This document shows positions 56,005 through 64,000 of a DNA stretch of 64,000 nt, one piece after another; positions within the stretch are counted from its first letter, which is position 1, and each line of letters begins with the position of its first letter. The position numbers were made by a program, and so were the translations under genes. The notes under the pieces were generated by a model, which worked only from the letters and a program-made list of their open reading frames with translations, had not been told where the DNA came from and searched no databases. Source of the DNA: Bacilli bacterium (GTDB taxonomy: Bacteria > Bacillota_I > Bacilli_A > RFN20 > CAG-826); the NCBI GenBank assembly GCA_017429285.1, contig JAFRPF010000031.1:139388-203387 (forward strand). Direction: 5' to 3'.

Positions 56005-57173
56005 TCGATTTTGAATTTTGCGTCCCCACGAAGATATATTTCGGGAAAGAAAAAGAGAATGAGATTGGTAAAATCTTAAGTTCTTATGATGCCCATAAAG
56101 TTTTAATTATTATCGGGCAAGGTTCAGTGAAGAAAAGCGGCTTATTAACTAAAGTCATCACTAATCTTGAAGAAGAAAAAATAATTTATCGCGTCATCGA
56201 AGGGGTGAGGGCTAACCCAACACTAGAATTTGTAAATGAGGCTAATAAAATTGCAAAAGAATTTCATCCTGATTATTTATTAGCGATTGGTGGTGGTTCT
56301 GTAATTGACACCGCTAAGTCAATGGCGGCTAGTTATTATTATGATGGAGATCCATTTGATTTTAATTCTCATAAGGCTAAGCCAAATAAAACCTTACCTA
56401 TTGGAGTTATCTTAACTATTTCCGCAGCAGGAAGTGAAATGTCAACCTCTTGCGTTATTCAAAATGACGCTAAAAATGAGAAAAAAGGCTTTAATTCTCC
56501 ATTAATTCGTCCAGTTTTTGCGATTGAAAACCCAGAATTAACATATACAGTTTCTCCTTATCAAACGGCATGTGGCATCGTTGATATTATGATGCATACG
56601 ATTGAAAGATATTTCCAGCCATCTGGTAATAATGAACCTGCGGATAGATTTGCAGAAGGCTTATTAAAATCCGTTATCAAAGCGGGACAAAAGGTGATGA
56701 GAAATCCATCTGATTATGAAGCTAGAAGTGTACTTATGCTCATGAGTAGCTTATCTCATAACGGCTTAACAAATATTGGTAAACCATTTATGATGCCTGT
56801 TCATCAATTAGAACATGCCTTATCTGGTTTATATCCAAGTATTGCTCATGGAGCAGGATTAGCGGTCTTGTGGCCAGCTTGGGCTAAATACTATTTAGAA
56901 TATGATGTTGATAAATTTGATATGTTTGCTAAAAATGTATGGGATAGCAATATTCCTAATAAATTAGATAATGGCAGACAAGGAATAAAGATGTTAGAAG
57001 AATTCTTCCGTTATATCGGTATGCCATCTAGATTAATGGAATTTAATGTAGGTAGGATTGATATCGATAGACTTGTGGAACTATTTACCGATAAAGGCAC
57101 ACGTGTCGTGGCCCATCAAGTAAAGCCAATGGACGGAGAGGTAGCAAGAGAGATATTCAAATCTTGCTTATAG
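56001..57173 (+). CDS. Iron-containing (group III) alcohol dehydrogenase
   Basis: 390-aa ORF with ..LLAIGGGSVIDTAKSMA.. and metal-binding His-containing segments (..DIMMHTIERY.., ..HQLEHALSGLYPSIAHGAGLA..). Confidence 0.85.
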   Translation: MIDFEFCVPTKIYFGKEKENEIGKILSSYDAHKVLIIIGQGSVKKSGLLTKVITNLEEEKIIYRVIEGVRANPTLEFVNEANKIAKEFHPDYLLAIGGGSVIDTAKSMAASYYYDGDPFDFNSHKAKPNKTLPIGVILTISAAGSEMSTSCVIQNDAKNEKKGFNSPLIRPVFAIENPELTYTVSPYQTACGIVDIMMHTIERYFQPSGNNEPADRFAEGLLKSVIKAGQKVMRNPSDYEARSVLMLMSSLSHNGLTNIGKPFMMPVHQLEHALSGLYPSIAHGAGLAVLWPAWAKYYLEYDVDKFDMFAKNVWDSNIPNKLDNGRQGIKMLEEFFRYIGMPSRLMEFNVGRIDIDRLVELFTDKGTRVVAHQVKPMDGEVAREIFKSCL

Positions 57174-57189
57174 AAAGTAGGTAATTGTT

Positions 57190-58368
57190 ATGAGAAAAGA
57201 AGATGTATCAGGATTTATAGTCTATCTATTGATATTAGCGGTCGCTGTAATATTTGGTATTACAGTTTTAAGAGAACACGCCGCAAACTCAGATATGGAA
57301 ACATATGTTTATGTATTCTTTATCTTAGGCGCAATTGCAGCAGGTGTAATTTTAAATGCTGTCATGTTTGAAGTTGCCCATATATTAGGCGCACGTGCAG
57401 GTAGATATGAAATATTATCAGTCTGCATCTTAGGTTTATTATGGTTTAAAGATGAAGGTAAAACCAAATTTAAATTCTCTGGTTATGACGGATTAACTGG
57501 CGAAACAAAAATCTTACCTAAGAAAGATGTGGATAAAGAACCTAACCCCACACCATATTTAATCTTAGGATCATTATTCTATTTAGTGGAATTAATTATC
57601 GTTATTGTTTTATTCACTTTATTTAACAATAGAGCCAATATGGTTTTATATAATATCGGTTACTTCTTATTAGTCGTAGTGGTTATCGGAGGTATGATTC
57701 TTTTATATAACATCTTACCGATGAAACTTGATGCGATGACTGATGGCTATCGTATGAGAATGACCACCAACGCTGCCAACAAGATTGCCTTTAATGAGTT
57801 GTTACGTGTGGAATATGCGATTAGCCAAGGCCAACAAGATGTCGAAATCGCTACCTTTAATGAAATCACTAACTTCACCGCTGAACTTAACTTAAATAAA
57901 GTCTATATGCTTTTAGATAAGAAAGAATTTTTAGAAGCAGAGAAATTATTAGATATTATTCTTAACGGCAAACAAACTTTATCACCAAAAGTTTATAACA
58001 GAGCTAGAGCGCAAAAGATTTATATCAACATCATTACTAAACCAATTGAAGAAGCTAAAGAATTTTATGATAAAGAAGTTCCGATGTCAGAGAGAAGAGA
58101 TATCTCTAATGACTTCTCTATGGTTAGTGTTCGTACTTATATCTTAATGTCTGGTTTATTAGATAATAGTAAGAGTGAATGTCTGTTTGCGATTAACAAA
58201 GTGAGAAAGTGTTTTAATAACACTCCAAAACAAAGAAGAAAAGTCGAAGCGGAACTTTATAATGATGTCTTAAAAAGAATCGATGAAGTTCATCCAAACT
58301 GGAAATTAAGCGAATATAATATCGTGTACGAAGAACCTATCGAAAAGAAGAAAAAAGAGAAAAAATAA
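57190..58368 (+). CDS. Hypothetical membrane protein: 4-TM N-terminal domain plus helical, Lys/Glu-rich cytoplasmic domain
   Basis: 392-aa ORF with an RBS-like GTAGGT upstream. It has TM helices at about aa 9-27, 39-60, 123-145 and 155-175. The remainder is soluble and helix-rich. See the finding on S2P-like motifs. Confidence 0.5.
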   Translation: MRKEDVSGFIVYLLILAVAVIFGITVLREHAANSDMETYVYVFFILGAIAAGVILNAVMFEVAHILGARAGRYEILSVCILGLLWFKDEGKTKFKFSGYDGLTGETKILPKKDVDKEPNPTPYLILGSLFYLVELIIVIVLFTLFNNRANMVLYNIGYFLLVVVVIGGMILLYNILPMKLDAMTDGYRMRMTTNAANKIAFNELLRVEYAISQGQQDVEIATFNEITNFTAELNLNKVYMLLDKKEFLEAEKLLDIILNGKQTLSPKVYNRARAQKIYINIITKPIEEAKEFYDKEVPMSERRDISNDFSMVSVRTYILMSGLLDNSKSECLFAINKVRKCFNNTPKQRRKVEAELYNDVLKRIDEVHPNWKLSEYNIVYEEPIEKKKKEKK

Positions 58369-58395
58369 TAGCAAATCCTTATTATTTCATTAAAA

Positions 58396-58420
58396 AACGA
58401 GAGTTTTCCGCTCTCGTTTT
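58396..58420. terminator. Bidirectional rho-independent terminator between convergent genes
   Basis: AACGAGAG (58396..58403), loop TTTTCCG, CTCTCGTT (58411..58418). An A-run lies upstream and a T-run downstream, so it can serve both strands. Confidence 0.7.
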
Positions 58421-58434
58421 CTTATCTATTAATC

Positions 58435-61400
58435 TTATAATGATCTTATTGATTCAACAGGAGGTTTTCTTGATGAATGTAAGACTGGTAATAATGTAGC
58501 GATAAATGATATTACCAAAGCAATACCAATAATTAATAAGAATGTAATGATGTTAAATTGTAAGATCGATAAACCGATTTCTGAGATAAAGTAATTATCT
58601 AATGACATATCAGTTACAATGGTTATGCTTATCGCTAGGATTGAACATATTGCGGCGATAAATAAGGATTCAGAGAAGAAGATTTTAAAGACATCAATCT
58701 TTCTTGCACCGATCGCACGTAAGATACCGATATCTCTCTTCTTAGTAGAAATAGAAACAGAGATAAAGTTCAGTAACATTAACGCGGCGAAAACACCGAA
58801 ACCAACACCAACCCATAAGAACACATTCTTTAAGATGATAATCATAGCGACAACAAAATTGGCTTTTTGATAAGCTGGGCTAGTTAAGTTATAAGTGAAA
58901 GTTTTATCGTTACTCTTACGCATGAATTCAACTTCGCCAAAAGAATAGTTAGTTTGAACCATCGCTCGTGTATATCTAGCGTCTTCTGGAGCGACATAAT
59001 TAGTTTCATAGAAGTAGATGCTTTGACTACCGCCGCCCTTACTTTCTAAGGTGATGGAATCGATATATGATTGTTTCATTAAAATCATATCTCCACCATA
59101 AGATTCAGCATCAACGGTGAAATAACCAACAACATCGATTTTGCCTGTTTCGCCATTGTAGTTTTTATAATGTAGTTTTGAAATACCAACTGGATTAAAG
59201 ACACTATCCGCAGGAACTTTATAACTAACAAATGTATAACCCGCTAAGCGAGAATACCATTCAGATGAATATGGGGAGAGGCTTCTTGAGAAATTATCTT
59301 CAAGGAATGTGGTAGCTTTTGCCACATCTTGAGAGGTCCAATCTTCTCTACTCATTTCAGCCAAAGCGACCATGTCTGGGTTGTTATCAAAAATTTCTTG
59401 ATATTGGCTGTCACGATAGCTATAAGCTAGGTTTAAATAATGATATGGGAAATAGTTTGGAACAAATTCATCAAAATGTTCGACCATGATGTTATATAAG
59501 AACTCAACATCGCTAGTCTCGTTATAATCAGAATTATAAATTTCATCTATTTTTGTTCTATCCGTTTCAGGAAGAGTGGAATAAGATGAAGAGTTTCTAA
59601 ACTCACCAAAGAATTCTTCAATTTTATAAGCAACTTCAAATTCATCCCCAAATTGTTCAAATATCATCGCGGCTTGTTCTAAAGATTCAGGGGCTCCAAT
59701 ATTTGTAATAAGCTCTTGAATTTGATCACTAGCGCTTTGTGCATAAATTGTATATATTGGCATGAATTTTGAAAAATTACTATTGTTATAAGAATTTAAG
59801 AAAGATTGATAGAAATTAGTGACAACGCTTTGTGAGTTACCAAAAAACATACTTTCACCAACATAAGCTTGTTTATCGCCTAATGATGAAATGTCAGTAA
59901 CGGGATTACCATCTCTATCGTAGAGCTTAATATAAGCTTTGTTTGTGTTATAAGTAGTTTCTGTATAGAAAGCTTGACCAAAGTCTGGTGTGATATCTTC
60001 TTTAATTTCGTATTCGCTAAGTCTAATACCATTACGATAGTAAAGAGGAATATAGACAGAGGAAGAATTCTTTTGAACAACTTTGTCATATAAATCAGAA
60101 GTAACGAAAGCAACAGAGTTAAAACTGTCGCCCATAAAGGCATAGAAATCATTAGATAAATCATCTTTTTCTTTAGAGGATAAACTACTTTCTTCGCTCG
60201 CTAATTGTTTATATTTTTCTGGAATAGCGCCTGCATCATAGAAACCGGAAAGAATTATTGGTTTAGTGCTGTTTCCAAAGGAAAAATTAAATTCTTCACC
60301 AATTAATTCATTGATTGATTTTTTAGTGGTGGCTTCAGAATCAATGAGCATTTCACCAAATATTTTTGGTAAAAGAATTTCATCTTCATTTGTTGGATAA
60401 TTACCTTCAATTTGATAACCGAGCTTTTTAACCATTTCTTCTCCAGCATCAGAATAATAACTAATTCCATAATAAGTGCTATAGTATTTAGCGTTCTTTT
60501 TCATGCCTAATCCCATGAACGGGAAATTAGAGGAACCGTAATTATTAGATCCTCCAACACCAACATAGACTAAGCCGTGGCTATTTTCGTTTAATTGTTT
60601 AACTTCATTAATACCAAATAATTCTTCACGTGTGGAATCATATTTATTTTCTCTAACCACTTTACCATCACTGATTTCTTGATAAACTTGTTTACCTTTA
60701 GAAATCTTTTGTAATGGTTCCGCTAAATAATCGGTTTTCTTTAATGTTTCACTATAAGTATGTGAATCGTTATATAACATTAATCCAGCAGCTACACCAA
60801 ATAGGGAGAAACTAATTACGGATAAAAGAATAGTAAATACTAATCTAACTGGTTTAGTTTTTAAGGATGATAAACCCATCTTAATGGATTTACCTAACGG
60901 CATTCTCGATTTGATAAATTTTGTTTTACTAGCGTCATATTCTTTGACTTTAACTTCTTTAGTCTTAGCAAATTCATCACTAGTGCCATCTTCTTGGATA
61001 CGAGCGATCTTCATGGATTTAGAAGCGTTATCACCACTGGAGATAAAGACTTTTCCATCACCTTGTTTAATCGCATCATATAATTTTTCAAAATCGGCTT
61101 TCGTTAATTTCTTCGCATCTTCAATCTTAATCGCATGAGTATTGATGATCGCGACGTTATCAGAGATTCTTTCTGGTTGTTTATATTCTTTTGTTTCATC
61201 GCTTAAAACTTTTCCATCTTTAAGTTCGATGATACGATCACCAAATCTTTCGGCGAAATCTCGATCATGAGAAACAACGATGACTAATTTATCAGAAGAT
61301 AATTTCTTTAATGTTTCAAAAACTTGTTCACCAGTTTTACTATCTAAAGCGCCTGTTGGTTCATCCGCCATAATGATGTTAGGGGCTTTAATAAGGGCTC

Positions 61401-61857
61401 TAGCAATCGCGATTCTTTGTTTTTGACCTCCGGATAAGGTATTTGGTTTTCTTTTCGCAAAGTTTTCTAAATCAACTTCTTTTAATAGATGGTCAACATC
61501 TTCTTTTTTAACTTTTTTGTTTTGTAATTCAATCGCTAAAGCAATATTTTGTTCAACGTTAAATTCGTTAAGAATGTTATATTCTTGGAAGACGAAACCA
61601 ACGTAAGTATTACGATAGCTATCAAAATCGGATTGAGAGAAATCTTTACTACTTCTTCCTTTTAAAATGATTTCACCAGAGGTTGGGAAATCTAAACCAC
61701 CGATGAGATTTAATAATGTGGATTTACCACTTCCAGATTTACCAAGTAAGAAGATCATTCCTTTTTCAGGAAAATCTAAAGAGACATTATCTAACGCTTT
61801 AGTGTCTTCTCCACCTTTTGTTTTGTAAATCTTTGTTAAGTTTTTAATCGATAACAT
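58435..61857 (-). CDS. Fused ABC transporter ATPase / FtsX-type permease (MacB-like) with very large extracytoplasmic domain
   Basis: 1140-aa ORF. The N-terminus has Walker A GKSGSGKST, the signature LSGGQKQR and Walker B IIMADEPTGALD. One TM helix lies near aa 335-360 and is followed by about 650 aa of soluble Tyr/Asn/Ser-rich sequence. The C-terminal FtsX module has 3 TM helices (..ILRAIGARK..). Confidence 0.85.
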   Translation of the reverse strand: MLSIKNLTKIYKTKGGEDTKALDNVSLDFPEKGMIFLLGKSGSGKSTLLNLIGGLDFPTSGEIILKGRSSKDFSQSDFDSYRNTYVGFVFQEYNILNEFNVEQNIALAIELQNKKVKKEDVDHLLKEVDLENFAKRKPNTLSGGQKQRIAIARALIKAPNIIMADEPTGALDSKTGEQVFETLKKLSSDKLVIVVSHDRDFAERFGDRIIELKDGKVLSDETKEYKQPERISDNVAIINTHAIKIEDAKKLTKADFEKLYDAIKQGDGKVFISSGDNASKSMKIARIQEDGTSDEFAKTKEVKVKEYDASKTKFIKSRMPLGKSIKMGLSSLKTKPVRLVFTILLSVISFSLFGVAAGLMLYNDSHTYSETLKKTDYLAEPLQKISKGKQVYQEISDGKVVRENKYDSTREELFGINEVKQLNENSHGLVYVGVGGSNNYGSSNFPFMGLGMKKNAKYYSTYYGISYYSDAGEEMVKKLGYQIEGNYPTNEDEILLPKIFGEMLIDSEATTKKSINELIGEEFNFSFGNSTKPIILSGFYDAGAIPEKYKQLASEESSLSSKEKDDLSNDFYAFMGDSFNSVAFVTSDLYDKVVQKNSSSVYIPLYYRNGIRLSEYEIKEDITPDFGQAFYTETTYNTNKAYIKLYDRDGNPVTDISSLGDKQAYVGESMFFGNSQSVVTNFYQSFLNSYNNSNFSKFMPIYTIYAQSASDQIQELITNIGAPESLEQAAMIFEQFGDEFEVAYKIEEFFGEFRNSSSYSTLPETDRTKIDEIYNSDYNETSDVEFLYNIMVEHFDEFVPNYFPYHYLNLAYSYRDSQYQEIFDNNPDMVALAEMSREDWTSQDVAKATTFLEDNFSRSLSPYSSEWYSRLAGYTFVSYKVPADSVFNPVGISKLHYKNYNGETGKIDVVGYFTVDAESYGGDMILMKQSYIDSITLESKGGGSQSIYFYETNYVAPEDARYTRAMVQTNYSFGEVEFMRKSNDKTFTYNLTSPAYQKANFVVAMIIILKNVFLWVGVGFGVFAALMLLNFISVSISTKKRDIGILRAIGARKIDVFKIFFSESLFIAAICSILAISITIVTDMSLDNYFISEIGLSILQFNIITFLLIIGIALVISFIATLLPVLHSSRKPPVESIRSL

Positions 61858-61910
61858 AATTTACTCCTATGTTTATGTAGTTAATATAATAATAACAAAA
61901 TAAAAAATTA

Positions 61911-62381
61911 TTACCATTTAATAGTAATAACTTTATCCACAAGTGATAGAACTTTTTCATTTGGTTGTTCAAATTTATGGACTAATCCAATAAGGATGTC
62001 ATCCGGTACTTTATTAGGCCACACTCTTTCACCATTATAATGTAATGATTTTTCTAATGATGTCGGGAATAAGACTAATATCTTTTTATCGTATTCTGGA
62101 GTGGTGCTTAAATATTTATATCTCACCTCATTAACATCATTTAAAGCATCTAATATAACGGTGACATCGTCACCTTTATTTGCGTATTCATGAATTCGTC
62201 TTTCAAATAATTCCCAAACTTCTTTTTGATGGGAATGATCTTGATAATCTCCATGAGTTATTTCTAGTCTTACTTCATCACTATTGATGATGTAGACATT
62301 TTCATGTTCAGCTTGATATTTTTTAGCCCAGGTTGTTTTACCGGCTGCTGGGACAGCACTAAGCATAATTAATGTTTTCAT
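61911..62381 (-). CDS. Small P-loop kinase-like protein (AAA_33-like)
   Basis: Has the Walker A motif LSAVPAAGKTTWAKKY. I moved the start to ATG 62379..62381 (MKTLIML), which has AAGGAGAAG upstream. The track start is TTG 62408. Confidence 0.62.
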   Translation of the reverse strand: MKTLIMLSAVPAAGKTTWAKKYQAEHENVYIINSDEVRLEITHGDYQDHSHQKEVWELFERRIHEYANKGDDVTVILDALNDVNEVRYKYLSTTPEYDKKILVLFPTSLEKSLHYNGERVWPNKVPDDILIGLVHKFEQPNEKVLSLVDKVITIKW

Positions 62382-62460
62382 ACTTCTCCTTAAGTGTCCA
62401 ACCTTCAAAAGGAACGAATATATTATAAATAATAAGGATATTAATTATTAGAGTTTTTTG

Positions 62461-62486
62461 AAAAAAGATAAGCTTATTAACTTATC
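62461..62486 (-). terminator. Rho-independent terminator overlapping the surface-protein stop codon
   Basis: Reverse strand: GATAAG (62481..62486), an 8-nt loop, CTTATC (62467..62472), followed by TTTTTT (62461..62466). Confidence 0.5.
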
Positions 62487-64000
62487 TCTCTTTCTTCTTT
62501 AAATAATAACCAACAAATATGAATCCGACCATCGTGGATGTGATGCTTAACATGATCAGTATCATCGTTAATCCGCTTGTGTTTGAAATAGGTGTAAAAG
62601 CCCTATTAGAAGTAACGGCTTTATTTAGATAATCAGGATAATTTGTTCTATTTGGATATTTATTAACAACTTCAACATATCTAGCTATGGCTTGTTCTAA
62701 TTTTGTACCAAGTTGATTTGGGTTTGCTGCTAAAACGTCATTCTTTTCAGATTGAGTTAAAGCGCTATAATCCGTATTTGTTTGTTTCCAATTTGTGGAA
62801 TTTGGAGGAGTAACACCATTATCACATGTGACTAGTGATAAAAAATTGGAGGCCCATGTTTGGCATGTATATGAAATATAATAAGCTTTAACGCCCTTAG
62901 AAATACCAGTAACAGTAATTGTTAAAGAAGTCCCCATTCTTGGGAAAGTGTTTTGAACAGTTGCAGCGGTAACTGTTACATCGCTTGTTGTATTTAAAGA
63001 GCCGGTAGCAACAGTGGTATCTCCTACTTTCATTGTTATAGTTCCAGCTGTGCCATTGAAACCACCGAATTTACAGCTAAATTCAGTAATTTTCATTGTT
63101 GCAGAAAGAGTGGTTGTAAGAGTAATAGAAGAAGCAGGTTTGCTACTTGAACCAATTTGAGAATAATTAGCGTTTGGGGTAAAAGAAGTTGTTCCTTCGG
63201 TTGTTATAGTCCATGTATTTGATAAAGAATCATCACCAGTAACGCTAGCACTATTAACATTAACATCACCTGTGCCGTTACCGAAATTAATTGTTCCTGT
63301 ACCTTCTTGTGGATCACTTGGAGAAGGTGAGGCACTTACGGTAATTGTATAAGTCTGTGATTTTTCGACATTGTTTTCTGTATAAGTAACAGTGACTGTT
63401 TGTTGACCTGTTGTGGACATGTCATATCCAGTAAATTCTAAATTTTCGCTATCCGAAACATCTGCAGCAGGATAAGTGGTTGAATCTGTATATGAAGCGG
63501 TAACAACCATTCCAGCATGGCTAAATGAATCACCTTGTGTGAATGTTGTTGGATATGTACCACTTAAAGCAATACTTGACAACACTTTTTCTGATGGAGT
63601 TGGAGTTGCTGATTCGTAATAAACAGTTATTTTTTGGATTCTTCTATTTCCTGAAGTTCCACCAATTGTAAATGTAATTGAAGAAGCGCTTCCTGTCCAA
63701 GTTCCGCTACTATATGTTCCAACATTTGTGGTAATGGCATTTGATCCGTCACTACTTCCAAATGTTAATTCAATTCTCTTTATTGTTTTTGATGTACTTG
63801 AAATAGTGAACGTGTTGCCGCCATAACAACGAACAGCGGTTCCGCTTGTGTAATATTTAGGGGCATTGTTGTTTGTGCCCTTATCTAAAGAAACTGAACT
63901 ATATGTTGCTGATAAACTTTCAACTACTTGTTCATTACTATAACCTTGAGCAGTGAAATCTAATATTTCTGATTCAACTTCAGGGTCGTCTCCACCTCCA
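62482..64000 (-). CDS. Surface-exposed multidomain protein with C-terminal TM anchor (5' end outside window)
   Basis: The track ORF starts at an internal GTG (63583..63585). The same frame stays open to position 63999 (my translation: GGGDDPEVESEILDFTAQGYSNEQ..APKYYTSGTAVRCYGGNTFTIS..RIQKITVYYESATPTPSEK-VLSSIALSG..). It is Thr/Ser/Gly-rich and has an Ig-like segment. The C-terminal hydrophobic helix is followed by KKKER. Confidence 0.7.
   Translation of the reverse strand, partial: GGGDDPEVESEILDFTAQGYSNEQVVESLSATYSSVSLDKGTNNNAPKYYTSGTAVRCYGGNTFTISSTSKTIKRIELTFGSSDGSNAITTNVGTYSSGTWTGSASSITFTIGGTSGNRRIQKITVYYESATPTPSEKVLSSIALSGTYPTTFTQGDSFSHAGMVVTASYTDSTTYPAADVSDSENLEFTGYDMSTTGQQTVTVTYTENNVEKSQTYTITVSASPSPSDPQEGTGTINFGNGTGDVNVNSASVTGDDSLSNTWTITTEGTTSFTPNANYSQIGSSSKPASSITLTTTLSATMKITEFSCKFGGFNGTAGTITMKVGDTTVATGSLNTTSDVTVTAATVQNTFPRMGTSLTITVTGISKGVKAYYISYTCQTWASNFLSLVTCDNGVTPPNSTNWKQTNTDYSALTQSEKNDVLAANPNQLGTKLEQAIARYVEVVNKYPNRTNYPDYLNKAVTSNRAFTPISNTSGLTMILIMLSITSTMVGFIFVGYYLKKKER

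Overview
This is an AT-rich, very gene-dense chromosomal window centred on the replication origin of a low-GC bacterium of the Firmicutes/Mollicutes lineage.

**Organism and code.** Gene content resembles Acholeplasma- or Erysipelotrichia-type genomes, but that assignment is inference only. The cues are a codon-optimised PPi-type ppdK, a surface protein anchored by a C-terminal TM helix, a giant fused ABC/FtsX protein, a short GlmU-like gene and a double-length YidC. The standard genetic code applies. TGA acts as a stop (it is the stop in the prfB recoding site) and Trp is TGG.

**Layout.**
- The core rnpA-rpmH | DnaA-box cluster | dnaA | DnaA boxes plus AT tract | dnaN-yaaA-recF-gyrB-gyrA lies at about 39.4-49.1 kb.
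- Left of it, mostly on the - strand: uvrB (partial), yitT-like, prfB, secA, comFC/comFA, an orphan 98-aa gene, rpiB, prmC, prfA, a YfhO-like membrane protein, an RluA-family synthase, two ATP-grasp ligases, degV, an FGGY kinase, two nucleotidyltransferases, a Nudix hydrolase, ispE, rsmA, rnmV, tatD, mnmE, khpB and yidC.
- Three + strand units interrupt that arm: dnaX-ybaB-recR-tmk-holB-ricT-rsmI, typA and ppdK.
- Right of it: a glycosyltransferase, serS, a small SRP RNA abutting tadA, a P-type ATPase, psuG, a TetR regulator, an Fe-ADH and a membrane protein. These are followed by a - strand block of a 1140-aa ABC/FtsX fusion, a small P-loop kinase and a partial surface protein.
- Stop/start overlaps of the TAATG type are frequent: uvrB/yitT, secA/prfB, prfA/prmC, ybaB/recR, mnmE/tatD, psuG/tetR and ATP-grasp/micro-ORF.

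**Not found.** I recognised no rRNA, tRNA, CRISPR array, IS element, prophage, toxin-antitoxin pair or known defence gene.

**Assessment.** I did not find a convincing complete novel multi-gene system. The window is mostly housekeeping. The leads most worth a second look are:
- comFA lacks any canonical start codon ahead of its zinc ribbon and Walker A motif.
- A 45-aa Arg-rich micro-ORF is translationally coupled to an ATP-grasp ligase.
- The SRP RNA's 3' helix contains the tadA ribosome-binding site.
- A membrane protein carries degenerate site-2-protease-like motifs.
- The ABC/FtsX, kinase and surface-protein block sits at the right edge.
- Essential and highly expressed genes are oriented head-on next to oriC.
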